Below are positions 1 through 13,863 of a stretch of DNA of 64,000 bases, in pieces. The notes beneath the pieces are model-generated. The model was not told the origin of the DNA, made no database searches, and saw only the letters and a list, made by a program, of their open reading frames with translations. Source of the stretch: Raillietiella orientalis (Eukaryota); the NCBI GenBank assembly GCA_036172245.1, contig JAYWIR010000005.1, positions 3,038,001 to 3,102,000 of the forward strand, given 5' to 3'. Both the position numbers and the translations under genes were made by a program. Position 1 is the first letter of the stretch, and every line of letters begins with the position of its first letter.

Positions 1-745
1 CAAACGGGAACCGGAGCACGCTCCTGTCTTATAGCTTCCATGTTGGGCCGAGGTCTCGAAAACACGGAAAGAGACCAATCAGATCATTGAAGCGTTCCGA
101 ACTCGCGTGGTTCTTGCCTGACAAATGCAAAGAAGGCTGGCTGCTGCCACCTGCTGGCAGGCAAACTCACACCATTCGGATGACACATTTCGGGCATAGC
201 GCTCCAGGGCGGAGAGGTCGGTTCCTTAGGAGGGGGCACGCACGCAAAACCTCCCTCACTGTGTTCTGCCATGCAGCCACCACAGATGTTTGAAAGAGCA
301 CTTTGCCTCGACTGGACTTTGCAGGATTTAATGGTTTCGAGCACCTACTGTTCCGCCTGCGTTACGTGCAAAACGCGTCCAGAGATAAGCTGCAGGCATT
401 TTCAAATCGTTCCTCCTCTACCCAAAGCATCGTCAAAGTGACCAATCAGGATCTGCTTTCTTCAGCATCCATGCTGAATTTCAATTTCATGGATTTCTAC
501 GTAAACTCTCTTCGGGCTTCTTGAGAGCACGGAGGATGCAAATTCGGAACTCTTCCTCGAACCATAATCTCTACAGATTTTCTTAGATTCCGCAGATGAA
601 GTAAACGACGACTTTTCATTGATAGGCAGAATGAAAGCTGGCATACAAATGACCACTTGGCCTCAGAGGACAATTTGGGGACTAGGGAACCCTCTTCTCT
701 AAGCGTTGGCTCCTGGAAACTAGTATTCCTACGCGAAGACTCAGC

Positions 746-930
746 TCTATGACATCCAAGTCCCTGCTTCGAGTTGAATTAGCTTGCTGCGCAAGAAGCA
801 TCTACATGTAATTTAAAGAGTAGCCATTCTAAGTGCTTGTCAGTTCCGATTATGACTTCATCAGCATCCACACTCCCTGGCGCGCCTCCTCTCCCTTCAA
901 CGCCTACAACTCTCCCTATACTCCAGCCTG
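746..930 (-). mobile_element. Possible relic of plant L1-type LINE C-terminus / RNase H-like region
   Basis: One frame reads GWSIGR..VEGR..P..V then WLLFKLHVDASC..*FNSKQGLGC, similar to the WxIW..FEG and KLNVDxS..GLG motifs. It contains a stop, and no RT domain is visible. Confidence 0.25.
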
Positions 931-1736
931 AAATCTGTAAGGTAACTCTTGTGTAATTCCATCTTGCTTGTTTGGATCAGTATGGAGAATCTGATGAATA
1001 CTTCGGCAGCCACTGTAATTCGAGATCTTTCAGTGCATCATGAAAGTGGGTAGAGAAGTTCCCTGTGAGTGCCCTGCAGTTGCCACGGATAGCTTTCTTC
1101 CTTCTACTACCTCTCTGTCTAAAGAACTTGTGACCATTGCAATAGATTGTCATGATTTATTCTGGATCACTTTTGGAGAATCCCAAAGTACGAGACAAGC
1201 AATGAGCTTAGGATGGAGAACAGCAGCAATAAATGAGTGGAGCTGTCGGACCGTGTTGAGCTGCAAAGTTCGGAACAGTTGCTATAGACAGTCGATGAAG
1301 ATGGAGTAACGAAATGTTTTTAGAGGATAGATTTGCCAATCACTGGACTGAACCTCGAATTTTGCTGCTTAAATGGCTGCCTGCAGGCAAATCAAAATCT
1401 CTAAGGCAGCAGCAAACACTGAATGCACTATAGGAACTTGTTTCCCTTGTCAGCTCAACTTTCGTTTCCAAGGCACCAGAAAAAAAAAAAAGAATTGAGT
1501 TAAGTGAATGGAATGAAAAGAAAAAAGCAAAGCAATCCGTCTTCCTTGAAAAAATTAAAAGTAGAAAAGAAGAGTAAGTTCATCTGAGAGGACTAAGAGT
1601 GTAAGCAGTAAAATAAATGCATCGCTCCAAACGAGTTTCAAAAAGGGCAGTTGTGGAAGTGGTTGGACTAGTAGATGAATCAAATGATGCTGCAATCGAT
1701 ACTCTTTCAATTCAATGCCTTCCTTCCAACTAGCTT

Positions 1737-2579
1737 TTAAGGTAGAGCAATTTGCGCATTCCATGCCATCCTCTCGCATAAATCTCTCCAACACTGATTT
1801 ATAAATAAGAAAAAAAAAAAAAACATTCCTTTCAAGGTATGACATTTTGACTCGGTTTTAATAATTCTGGGCGCAAACGAGATTAAGATGAGCGTTTTTG
1901 TGAAAAGAGTGACAGTTAGTAGTAAAAAGCTACTTAGAAGGTTGGCTTCAGCAGCGTTCTCAGGTTCCAAGATGAAGTGTCCATAAACTTGCCTTCCTCG
2001 AGAAAGCTTGCATGTGTGCCTTCGCCTTAGACGTGGAACACGACCGCTGGAATCTAATTTCGGCCCTCCTTCAAATAGATATTCGCTATCGCAGTCCAGG
2101 AAGACATCCCGATAACCATCGAGTTTCGGCGTTTGCTTAATAGACGATAATGTCGAGCACGTTTTTTCTTTGTGTGCTCTTTCATAAAACTGTGTGGCTG
2201 CGTTCTTCTGGGAAACTTCATTTTCGTTCAACGCTCTTTTGTACGCTCCCTTCTTCGTTGTTCCCTTTATCAAATATATTCCTGGTTTATGAGATTCCAC
2301 CGCGAAAGGAGGCTTCAGCACCAACATCCGGGTGTACGCAACCTTCCACAAAGCAGAATTGGAAATGAAAACAGAATCTCGCACCTGCAGGGAATTCAGA
2401 GAATCGAGAGAACTTTCCTCCGAATTTGAATTTGCGAGACCTTTATGGGAAAGAAATATGCAAAGATCACGTTGCAGTCTAACGCGTTCCAGCACGCAAA
2501 TCTTGAGATGATCCGTGTTCGAGGAAAATTCTTCACCTCCTAATCCATTTCCGTATTTCTGACATTGCTGTGGTGGCAT
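1737..2579 (-). CDS. Hypothetical protein (280-codon ORF, may include read-through introns)
   Basis: Long ORF in moderate-GC sequence with a protein-like middle portion. No recognisable domain. Confidence 0.35.
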   Translation of the reverse strand: MPPQQCQKYGNGLGGEEFSSNTDHLKICVLERVRLQRDLCIFLSHKGLANSNSEESSLDSLNSLQVRDSVFISNSALWKVAYTRMLVLKPPFAVESHKPGIYLIKGTTKKGAYKRALNENEVSQKNAATQFYERAHKEKTCSTLSSIKQTPKLDGYRDVFLDCDSEYLFEGGPKLDSSGRVPRLRRRHTCKLSRGRQVYGHFILEPENAAEANLLSSFLLLTVTLFTKTLILISFAPRIIKTESKCHTLKGMFFFFFLFINQCWRDLCERMAWNAQIALP

Positions 2580-4909
2580 TGCATATCATTTCCATGAACA
2601 TGAATTTTGTGTGCGATCGCCTTCGAAATAAAATACATAGGGCAGGCCTGGTGGTTGCTACGTGATGGCCTCCGCTTCTTTGTAAACTTGACAGATGTAT
2701 GAAAGATCGTTTTCTGAACCGCTTTTTCTCACCATGGAACTCAAAGAGGAGGGTATCTGTTGCCAATTATATTTCTTCGTTGTAATTTCCACAGAGATCA
2801 TCGGATTTCGTCCGACTACGTTTGATGGTGCAACGACGGTGAAGAGTGAACTCAAATGCGCATTCAAATCTGCCCTTGGAGGATCTGATGACTCTCAGCC
2901 TCCAAGAAAACAGATTTATGCTGTAGGGATAAAAGGATGTGCTGCTGAACGATGAGTGTCGAGTGGTTTTTAAGCAGCCCACGGCCATTAAGGTGTTATC
3001 AATTTCGTCAGCCTCTGCATTAACTGCAGAGTGATGCACGGTCCAGAATTCATTCGCAGTAAGTTTGTGTTCCCCAGAATCATCTCAATCAAGAGAAATA
3101 GTGAAAAGTTATTGCTGAAAACAATGAAGAAAAAGAAGAAACAAAGAACAATGACGTTTTCTTGAGTTTTTTGTACCGGTCTCCCTCGGAGCTTTTAAGA
3201 ATCTGGCTGGATGGTTGCATTCTCATCTTCCGAAGGTTCCACTGTGGTCGTGGATGTTTCAGGACGCAGGGCTCATTTGAACGTAGAAAGGCACAGATTT
3301 TATCAAATTCATACTCTCTGAACTTATCGTCTCCTCCGTTCCGTCCCCGAACTCTTTCAAGGAAACCCGCGATCCTCCGAGATTCCGAGAAATGACCTGT
3401 GAAATTGAATTTCAGAGAGCAGCTGCCGAAAAAATGCAGAAACTTCTGCCGAATCAATCGACGGACTCCAAAGACAACACAGCAAGCAAAGACGGAAATG
3501 AATACTCGGAAGATGAAGTTGGAAAGTCACATTTTCTTTACATGGAAAATACTTCACCAGCAAAATCTTTCTGATTCCCGACTGACGTAAAACAACGGTC
3601 GCAGGACTTCTGAAAGGTGAGGAAGGCATGCGAACAAAGGAATGAGAAAGAGCGAAAGGAAAGCATCAACAAGGTACACAGAAGGTCCATCTTCACTAAC
3701 GTGTTAGTAATAACAGAAAGTGCGTTGAGACCGAAGACTGCACTTCCGTTCTCAAAGGCAAAGTGCACTTATTATCGCGTGACCGAATGCTGACTCTTTG
3801 GAAGCAATCAAATTCGATCAAGGACACCAGTCGCCTCGCAACGGTGTAACCCTCCTTCCCACGAATGGAGCCAGAATACTCCAGAAAAGTTCGATGTGCA
3901 GCTACACTCCTCAGCAAAGCAGCTCCCCTATCTGAAATTTTTCCTTGCTCTGTGAAAATCCTTTCTGCTGATTACTTATAATCCGGGAATGACTGCGACA
4001 GCCGCAGCAGTCCTCTAACCGGAAAAGATGCGTTCGCACGAACAAGGACGAACACGAGATGCTTCTCCGCTTTCTGCCACAAAGCTCACATAATTCCAGA
4101 AACCCAAGCGAAGTTCCGTGTCAAGTTCGATCAATTCTCCCTACGGCAGCTCTAACATCGTACGGTTTTTCTTCGCACCCTATCCCCAGTATGAACTTGA
4201 CCACTATCTACTACCCAATCTGCATCGGGAACGCTTGCGTGGAGCCGTGGGGAAGAGCTCTGATGTATTATTATTAAAGTTCTGAATAACTATCAAGCAG
4301 GCCATGCCTCGGATTTGGTTCTCCGTGGCTCTTTTGTGGGATTCTAGAGTGCGTGAGCGCTCAAGTCGAGATCGCAAGGCAACCGCCTCCCTCTAGCGCA
4401 GAGTCGCGAAGGTACTTTACCTTTCCGTGCACCACACGTATCCCCACCTACTGATATGAGTCGTATAGCCTTCGAAAAGTGGCTCAGGAAAAAGCAGTTC
4501 CGAAGGTCATGCGAGATTTCTTCCGATAGAAACCAAAAGAATAGAAGGGTTCATAAGAAATTCTGTAGAATTCTGCTCGTTTGTCCTTCGACTCGCCTGA
4601 GTCTAAACGCATGCGGCCGTTCGATGTCGTCAATCCGGACGGATCTTTAAAAAACTTATCAAAAGTACCAAATTGATCGCTCACTCCGATATTAAATTTT
4701 CAAGTTTCTAGAAGGAGCTTGTATTTCCAAAATCCATAGTGCGGATACCCTTGAAGAGCAAAAAGAGGAAACATAAACAAGAAGCGTTCATCCCAAAGAA
4801 TCTCTGTTCAAGACTCCCTATTAGACTTTGCCATCCCTTTTTTTTTGCGCGCGCGTGCTGGCTTGTGGGATTTCCATGTGCTATGAGCAAGATGAGACTT
4901 AACGTTTAC

Positions 4910-5054
4910 CTCCTCGGAATATTCTTCTTCTTCGTTCATGACGTCGGCCTCGCACTTCAGGGAAGCGTCCACATCCTCCAGCATCTGCTTCGTCCTCTCG
5001 ATCTTGTTGTCGATGGCATCGATTGCTTCCGCCCTCGTCGTGTTCACAATTTTA
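4910..5054 (-). CDS. Internal exon, coiled-coil/acidic hypothetical protein
   Basis: Pyrimidine tract plus CACAG acceptor at 5055-5056 and GAG|GTAAAC donor at 4909. Peptide AEAIDAIDNKIERTKQMLEDVDASLKCEADVMNEEEEYSEE. Confidence 0.55.
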
Positions 5055-5110
5055 CTGTGAAAAAAAGAAGAGAGAAATGGAAATTGCTAAAGGTTTGCAT
5101 AATTTTGCGC

Positions 5111-5124
5111 GTGTGTGTGTGTGT
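5111..5124. repeat. (GT)7 microsatellite
   Basis: Read directly from the sequence. Confidence 0.85.
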
Positions 5125-8100
5125 TCAAATTAGCTAATTGCACAGAACTCCACAAAGCTTCCCAGATGATTTCATCAACCTTTTTCATTTTTCTTCGTTA
5201 CTTTTCGTTCAGTCTCAACAGAATAAGACAGTTCTCTTCCTTATTGCTCTGAGCGGCGAGTCATGCCTGCGCTCACAAGCACAAATCGTCAACAAAAGCA
5301 GGTAATTAATTGTCTCATCAATAACCGTTAACAATAGTAATAAACTGATAGCGTTCCCAGGAGAAATTAGCCCCGCAAATGTCAATGCTTTCAATGATCT
5401 ATCAATAATGGCGTAACAAACGACACCGCCTCCATGCCGATTCATTACTCGCCTGGGCCTCAGCACAGAGATGCTCATCAGAGAATCTGTTTGCTCCGGA
5501 GCCGACCGGGAACAGCATTCCCTGCTCAGCTCTTGATCCTTGCTCTCCGAATGCGCTCGGGAACGAGGAGTCTTTCGGAAGCGCATGGAAGCGGATGCTT
5601 AACGCGACCTCATTCGGAGGAAAACATGCAAATTTCCGCTTAGTGCACCACGTGCTCCAATCCAGGAAGCGCCTCGAAGCGAGGAAGTCCTCTGCGGCCG
5701 AAAGTGGCTTGCGCCATCGGTGGACAGTGGGTTCTCGGCAGCCAGGGTAACGAGCGGCGAGAGTGGCTCACTTTTATGCCACGGCTCAGTGCGCCGCACA
5801 CCGAAACACGCACACTCTGGCCCATGTCCGGCCTAGTCGAATGTGGCGGGGAACTCTCCTCCCATGATCCCACCGCATCCTCGCCGAAACGCGATCCCAG
5901 CAGAAAGGGCACGGCGAATCAATGGAATTCCGTGTAAAAGACGAAAGAACGTCTGGACGGTGGGGGCAGGTGGGGGGAGGAAGGGGGATGGACATGAGGC
6001 GGACATGGATCTGGACGTTTCCTGAGCAGAACAATCCATTCGGGTTCCCAGAGCGGTAGCCGTTTCGGAAATCGCCTCTCCGTAGCACGGGGATGCAGGC
6101 ATGGGAACGGCGCGCTCAAAAGAGTGACCGGCATGCTTCCCGCGGATACGGAAAAAAGGATGCGGAGGCGGGCAGGAACAGATCGACAGGAAACCCAGGA
6201 GGAATCTGCGGAGCAGATCTGCACACTCGGCTGCACTCCGTCACCTCCGATCTCCTGCACAGTGAGCGGGAGTAGGGGAGCGCGAGATGATTCCCGCCCC
6301 AGGGCTCGTGAGGTGCCGGGAAGACTTCCTCCGGTCGCAGCCGTCAGAGCAAACAGAAATCAATCCGGATCCTCCATTCTGGTCCGATTCCAATAAGCAA
6401 AAGAGAACAAGTTCATCATGAACTCTCGGGCAAGACTGTCTTCGCGCGTATGTCAGCGGCTGTGCTCTTTCCGATTGGCGCGCCATTTTCCAAGAAAAAT
6501 ACCGGAGCAGATGCGCCCTTTCTTTTCCGTACACCCGGAAATTTCTGCCTTTCCGGATGCGGGACGAAATTTCTTGGTGTTTCCGTTTTGTTTTCATCTC
6601 GCGCGCGACGTCCGTGGCATCCATCATTGTTTTCGTGAATGTGGCTCGAGAATTCCGCCGGGACCTAGACTTTTTTCCACCACCTAGCTGTGTGTGGGAG
6701 AGGAGGAAGGGCACGAATTTCGGAAGATTCGCATCTTCGAAGCTCGTGAGGATTAGGGGAAAAGAGAAGAAAAAAAAAAAACATCCGACGAGCTCCCACG
6801 CTGATGGCCTTCCAGTGGAATGTGGAATTCCTTCCGAGCTCCCGTTTCGATCCAAGTTCTCAGCTTGGGCGAAACGGAACCCTTTGTGGATCAAAATCGA
6901 GGAAGAATCGAAAACCTGACCTGACTTTTCACTACCTCTCGGTGTGGGATCGAACCGAAAGGGGGCGTTTTCGGATGCCCACATCGGAAACCCTCGGACC
7001 GTCATCTTCAGAACCTAAATGAAACGGGGGAACGCAGACGTCGGTGTGGAACAAAGGAAGCGACTCTGTGCTCGAATGAAAACATCAAAAGAAGCGTCCA
7101 TTGATGTGATTTCGAAGGAGGGCATCTGTAAAATTTATTTCCTCAGATCTGCACATTCCGTTCGATCCGCGAGATCCCTCGCTCGGAGTATTTCGGTACC
7201 GGAAGCTGGGAATTTTCACCAGGGACAGCAGCCTTCGATACAGTTTTGCACGTCCCTCATTGCACGCAGCAGACATGCAGCGAGAGGCGCGAGCAGTTCC
7301 GAGGATGACGTGACCTTCCTCTGCACACCACGCACGTGATCGCAACCGGCACGCGGCCACCCCCGTGCAGGTCTGCTCCCTCGTAACGCGAGCTCTTTCC
7401 TGTCTCTTTGCAGGCCGCAGAATTCAGAGGAGGGCGGTCTGGCAGGCAAGTGCCCGCGGAGGGTACGCCGGAAACGAGAAGGCAAGGAAGGAAACTCTGA
7501 AACAGCCTGTTGGGCGCATCCACCTGGAGCAGGCGGGTAGTTGATGCAAGACGCTGCCACACACCTTCCGGCGCCGTTCTCGGATTTCAGGAGAAAGGAG
7601 AGCGAAACCGGGATACAGAATTTCAAGTAACCGGAACAGGATGTTCCTGCATGAGGAGAACGAGGAAATGGTCATCTCCGAAATCGGCTTTCCAGTGCGC
7701 GGTACCGAAAGTCGGTAGCACGTGCACCGCACGCGTGTACCATGCTTGGAGCTCGTGCTCTCGTGCCATCCTTCCTCAGTATGACAGCGCTCCTTCGCTT
7801 GGAGCACTCGTGTACCCGGCGATAGATGGCGGCACCGGCTCCACGACCGCGCTTGTGAGCGAAATCGCACGGAAGCATCCAGAGTTTTTCCCACGTGACC
7901 AGAGAGGATTCCCGAGGCGAAAAGCCAGCCTCCCTGTTTGCGCGCCTCGACCTCCCTCCCGGGAAGGAAGGAAGGGGAAGGGAGGAAAAAACTAATACGG
8001 AACACCCCCTTATCTCCCCCCTCCCAGCGCGCGCGCATCGCTGCGTTACCGACTGGAAAAAGAAAGGGTTTAGGGCAACATCTGCTCCCGTAGGAAGCCC

Positions 8101-8791
8101 CTGAGGGACTTTGGCAGCTCCTTCAGCGTGCGAGCGAGTGGGCCGCATCCGCTGCTCAGCTCCCCGGGACCGCTCTCGAGTGTGAAGGGGGGAGGGCGAT
8201 TACGGTCGTGTCGGATCCCTCGGATCCTCATGTGCCTCCTCTTCCTACCCCGACCCAGCATAGGAGATACTGGTAGCGGCTCCGACAGTGCCACCGGGAC
8301 TCTCTGGCTCCAGCCCCCCAGCTCTTGCACCATCGAGTCAGAGGAACTAGACGGACGCTGCGCTCTTGGCTAAGGGCAACCCCCCCTCCCTTTCCTCCCT
8401 TCCTTCAGCCGAGAGCACAAATCGACAACCGTCTCCAACCCGTCTCTCGGGGCAACCGATCTCCGTCTAGGATGGATGCTCCTCGGCGGGACGCTTTCTC
8501 AGCGCTTCCGGAAAATGGTGGAATTCAATTAGGTTCCCGGAATTTCGGGATCAGCAGGAAACGGAGTAAAATTTCCTGCATGGTCCAGGCGAGGGGCGAA
8601 AGACTCCCCTGACGAAGATTCCCTATCGCCCCCAGTCGACTCAGGAGTCTTCGTTCCTGCTGGTCCTCGACCCTGCCTTCGCCACCCAGGCAAGGAGACG
8701 TGCAGACCGTGGCCACGTGGCCTCCAGTGCGGGTAGCAACGACCCTCATGGACAGGTGAGAGCTAAAAAGTCCCACCCGGCGAAAAATCCC

Positions 8792-11688
8792 CTAGCGAAC
8801 CCACCATCCTGCGGAAGAGACGCGATCTCTCCTCGCCCTCCTCGTGGCTGGGAGGGATCGGTCGAACGGCAGGGATCTGTCGTCGCCAGCAAAGCGCTCG
8901 ATCCTCCAGGAGATCGTTGTCTTTTCCGGGAGAGACGATCGGCTCCGCGAATCGCACCGACGGGTGCACCGATGGACCCTCATCCCAGCGAGTTTCCTCC
9001 CTTTCGATCCCGCCGCCTCCGGCAATGAGACCTGGATGGACCCCCGTTGTGCCAGGGTGTCTAGGGGTCGGCTCCTCACACTCCCCGGTCCGACCCGGAC
9101 TCTTCCCCGAGCATCCCCGAGCATCGGTTTCGAACCATCCTCCTCCACCTGGAAAGCTCGGTGTGTCCGTATTCGTGCGTGTGCGTGTTCCAGTTTGTGG
9201 GAAGTCGGTGGGGGAGGAGTCAAATGACTTCGAAGCAAGGCGAGGGCGGGGATGGAACATGGAAAAATTTCCGCTGGGTTCAGATGTAAGCTGCAGAAGA
9301 AGCTCGCACCACGGGGAAGCCGCCTGCAGCCAGATGATCCCTTCCCTCTCGAACAGGAAGCTGAGGGATGCTGACTCGGGAGCTCTTCTGTAAGGAAGAT
9401 CTGCGGGGGTAGCTCAACGCTCTCGAGAGTTGCCTCAGGACAGCAGCACTCGTCGGAGCGAGGAAAGGTAGAGCCGAATTCCACAGAGATCTTCTCTCGC
9501 TCCAGAATGGCAACAGAGAACAAGGTAGTTGCGCCGAAAGGAATGACCCGTCTTTGCTCCAGGACAGCCTGCGAGAGAAGCGCGGATCCCCGCGCCATCG
9601 ACGCTCGAGGATGCTGCGACCATGCTCTCTTGGAGCGAGGCGAACTCCCGTCATCCGAAGAGGGCGTGGCGGCGCGCAGAAGGCGAAAGTCGGATCCTCG
9701 CAGACGGGAGAGCTCGCCTTTCAGGGCCCGGCACATCCGATCGCGCGCGATCCAGTCGAGGCGCGTCGTCGCGACGGTAGCCGGAAACCAACTTGACCGG
9801 TTCCAGCCGCAGCGAAGGAGCAAGGAAAAGAAGAAAGGATGATTCCGGGACGACCAGCTCTCAAGGATTCTCCTTCAAGGATTTCGCAATCCTCCGTGTA
9901 CTCTTTCGTCCTTCCCGGATTAGCTTTGGTGCTCCGATCACGCCTGCTGCTCTGCATCCGTTTTAATGGCCTGAAGGTCTCGAGACCTCTCACGCGGTGC
10001 TGTCTCGTCGAGATTTGAAATATGAGTCTGCGTACACTGAGGCCGCTGAGTCGTTGGACCTCGCTATCTCCGAGGGCACGGATGCTGGTACTCTCCAAGG
10101 ATACATCGCTTTCGACTCTTGCCTCTTTCCCTTGCATGCATGCACGCGCTCCTAGTCCTCACGAAATCTCCCTTCGTTTGTTGGGCAGGCGATAGCAGGG
10201 GATGGGAAAAAGATGAGGGAGGTGGTAGGCCGGACCATCCGTCCTTCTCCGCGAAAGAACTCGTCCTCCTGCGTCTTCTGCTCATGGCTGACGGGACGCT
10301 CGCACCACGGTGCACCATCGAGTCCCCCAGTGTTCCCCCGCGGTCCGATGAAGCCTGCGCTTGACCATCATGAGGATCGGTTAGCTTTTCGAATCGATGC
10401 CTGGCCAGCTACCTGCTGCTGAGCCCACTACGCGCGACGACCACACTGAGGAAGAAACTTCCTCCTCTTTTTCCTCCTCGAGGGATTCGGTGACTTTCCA
10501 TCATCGTGTTTACAGGAGAGCCCGCTGCCTTTGTCCAGATTGACAAGTCACTTCCCTGTCCAGGATATCGGGTCATCCCCCAAGAGAGGAAGGACTCCTA
10601 GGTAGGAACCTCTCTAGAGTGACGGCGGAAGAAGGCTCCGAATCATCCCGCTCACAATCCGAGGGAGCTTCCGTCGAAATTTTTCCACCGAAGTCTCGCG
10701 GAGCGCGCGTGTACACGTCGTTCCTCGTAAGCGTCCTCAAAGGCATGCCATGCCACAGATTTCCGTGCAAGCGACTCGCATGAGATCTACTCGTAAAGTG
10801 TGGCAATTCATCTGCGTCCATGATGTGCTCACGGATCCACAATGAGTTCACTATTGATACCCTGGTCCCCGTGAATTAGATTATATGTACAAAACTCGAT
10901 GCGAGAAATGTATAATGGACGTAGCTCGACTTCGAGGCATCACTTTCATACACTGTGTTCTCGTAAGGGAGGCATAGAACACCTGCTCTTGGGAATATGT
11001 AGATACATATGTGGGAGGGACGCCGTAATACTCTATTCCCGTGCACGCACGGAGCTCGAGCGGGTGAGCGTAAGCCGACTCCAGTGACTCCAGATTCCTA
11101 GCAGTTTCCCTTTTTAATATGATTAACGGGAGCAAGCGACGCGAGCATCTTCCAGAAACGTGGATTTTTAGCCAATCTGCGTTTTTTTTTTTTTTGCTCC
11201 AGGAAAAGTGTCGGATTCCCCTGCAAAGTGACATACCGTCGCAAAGAGAATAAGAAATAGGTTTGAATTGGTTCCAGGTAAGTGCTGCTGCGTCTCGGGA
11301 ATGTGTGATTTCAAAACGGAAGCCAGGCGGGATTAACGGAGGATTGCAGCCTGGTTGAGCAGTCAAGAAGCTCAGCAAGTTTTTTTTTCCCTCTAAGTCT
11401 GGCTCATCTATGAGAATGAGGATTTATGCACTCGCCCACACGCGCTCCTACTTGATGGCGTGCCTTTCTTTCAGCTGCTCTCCTTGACTGGGCGCGACAT
11501 TGCATTTCATGTGCACATTTACATTCGAGTGCCTTCAGGCTTTCTAACTCATTGTAGGTGGGAGTCATCTTCTTTCCCTCTGCCGATGGAGTGTTTTCCT
11601 GAGTTCGATCTGCCATGACACCTGGAAGAGTAACCACGCTCTTTTTTGGTGCATTGATTCCGTAGATCACCTCCAGTGTCCGGTTCAA
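8792..11688 (-). CDS. Cluster of probable exons of a low-complexity hypothetical protein, structure unresolved
   Basis: Same-strand ORFs 11404-11688, 10573-10851, 9721-10137 and 8792-9823 have protein-like segments. High GC makes long ORFs partly expected by chance. Confidence 0.25.
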
Positions 11689-12956
11689 GCCATCAGAACG
11701 CGGTGTTCAGATCTGTGACTTGAAGATTCCGGGTTTTCATTCTGCTCTTCAAGAGCGGCATCTCCTCTAGACTTCGGGTCTTCCGCTTCAGATCTCACTT
11801 ATCTCATGTTCCTCCTGAGAGTAGCCATGCTCGAAAGCGCGCAGCATGGCTTTCAGCAAAAAAGGTAGCGATCTCTGCAGCCCGAGTGCGTCACCCGAGT
11901 TGCCTGGACTGAATCTTGCACCCGCGCTTTCAAGATTTTCGAAACCGAGGAGAAACCCAAGCTATCCTTGATGCTTACAGCTAAAACAGTATCTCATCTA
12001 CAATGAAGAACGGAGGTAGGAATCCTCCATTCTAGAGTACTCTTCAGTGGCTTTCCTTTCGAACTGGCAGTGGCGATCCTTTTTCTTTACATCTTCCTGG
12101 AGACACGGCGAGATTTTCTGATTTGTTTTGCCTTCTGTATGAATGATCGGCCACTTGGATTGCCAAGTGCAGCCCTGTTGAGGCCATCTACTTCTAGGAC
12201 CCTTATCAGTGCACTGAGACGGTTTTTGTTTGAAGAGTGCATCCCACTTCCTATCCTTCTTGTTTCAGACTCTTCTTAAGCTTCTTTGGATTGAGGTCTG
12301 TTTAAATAGTCAGTAACGAAGTCTCTGGAATCGCACAGAAAACTTCGGATGCGCTGATGATGCCCTCAGATTGTTGGAATCCTCTCAGAAGTTCCTTCGT
12401 GATGACTCCCACACACACCCCTATCCTTCCATGCAAAACTCAACATGTGACTTGTAATTGTGGGTCAGTGTAAGGTCTTTGACAAAATGCCTCCATTGAT
12501 CTACGTTAGTTTTCTTCACAATCTTGTGAAACTTTCCTCTGCTTTCTCGTTTGCTCCTTTTAGGAAGAAACAAACATGGATTCTGGGGGATTTCTCTCCA
12601 TCTGTACAAGCTCAATCTGAAAATCCCTGTTCAAAAGGCTGAAGAGGATCCTCCCATCTCCGGGAGCGCAAGGTGGTGATAATCTAGGCATCGAGGCAAT
12701 AGATTGAACGATCCTCAGTCGTGAGACAGCAAATGGAATGGGATGCCAGCAACAGTAAGGAGTAGCGGAGAGATTCAGTATTCAAGATCACTTTTCGGAT
12801 GGGGCGGATTGTGCTTCCTTGTCCATTCTAGTGAGTTGCGGGCTCTTTACAAGGGACAAGAATCGTCTTGAGTCGGAACTAAAGACTGTGGCTGAGTCGC
12901 ATCTCCTGGTTCTGTCTAGGAGAACGCGGAATAAACTGCGGATCTCCGCACTTTAG

Positions 12957-13136
12957 CTAAAATACGAATCAACATTAGCCCAAATCGATTCATCCGCCAA
13001 AACTTTGATGGTTCGCCAAATCCAAAGATTGTTCACCCATAGCGACATCGCTGGACCATATCTCAAGTACCAGAGAAGGGAAATAGCACAGCTGCTCGAT
13101 AGTCTGGATCTTAATTCGAGGAAACAATTATCATAA
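12957..13136 (+). CDS. Probable terminal exon, hypothetical protein
   Basis: CTTTAG acceptor at 12955-12956, then 59 sense codons (LKYESTLAQIDSSAKTLMVRQIQRLFTH...) ending in TAA. Confidence 0.4.
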   Translation, partial: LKYESTLAQIDSSAKTLMVRQIQRLFTHSDIAGPYLKYQRREIAQLLDSLDLNSRKQLS

Positions 13137-13863
13137 CGCCAAGCTTCATATGCAAAACTGGGATTTGGTGCTCGTTCCTTCTCTTTTTTTTTTTTTTTTT
13201 CCTTCTTGGACTGAGTGATTAAAAACTCCCTTAAGAACAGAGATGTCTCTCCACTGAGCTGTTAAGCGTACAGATGTCCTATTCTTTCAAAGGATCAGTT
13301 TTTTGTGCTTCTTCGGGCATATTAATTGATGTGTCTCAAAGAAAATGCGTGAATCGCAAACATCTAAAATGTGATGTATCTGATGCATACACTTTGCCTT
13401 CAGGGGGCATTAATTTTCGCAGTCCTGCTGCCTTCGAAAGCGTTTGGATTCAATCTTACTCTGATCTATTTAACGAAATCGTAATTAATCGGACACGTTG
13501 GGTTTTCCTTCAGAAACAAAAGGAAAAAAATCCAAGCAACCGATCTAAAAGCTCAGGCTGAAATAAACATCAGATCACGAGCTCAAGTTGGGAACCTCGT
13601 TCTCTGGAGTCGAATCCGACAGCCATTTCCGAAATTCCGAGCTCACGACAGGGAAACCATAAGACCAGAAGAGGGCTACGGATCAAAGAAGAAGAATTCA
13701 GGCGAGCCTTCTAGCCAGGAGCTCATGCAAGCCTGAATAAGCATCTTCCACATGTTTCAGCTGCTGTTTCTCACAGCATCGGCAGGCGTGTGTCACGAGA
13801 ACAGCCCCGAAACAAGTCCTCGATTTTGGCATCTGCTGCATCCGTCTCGATAAATTCAGCGGG

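Noticed and set aside
4140..4240. Faint resemblance to LSU domain II (GGGGATAGGGTGCGAAG on the minus strand)
   Set aside because: Too many mismatches and no extension on either side.
6940..6960. GGTTCGATCCC T-loop-like motif (similar ones near 9125 and 23050)
   Set aside because: The T-stem does not pair and no cloverleaf can be built, so these are not tRNAs.
8064..8076. Plant telomere-like AGGGTTTAGGG
   Set aside because: Less than two units, expected by chance.
5400..8800. Numerous overlapping ORFs in the GC-rich block
   Set aside because: Expected from low stop-codon frequency at high GC. The peptides are R/P/S/G-rich with no consistent frame.
13033..13053. GATTGTTCACCCA and CATAGCGAC matches to 28S rRNA
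   Set aside because: The blocks are in the wrong order, lie inside an open exon-like frame and have no adjacent D box. Most likely chance.
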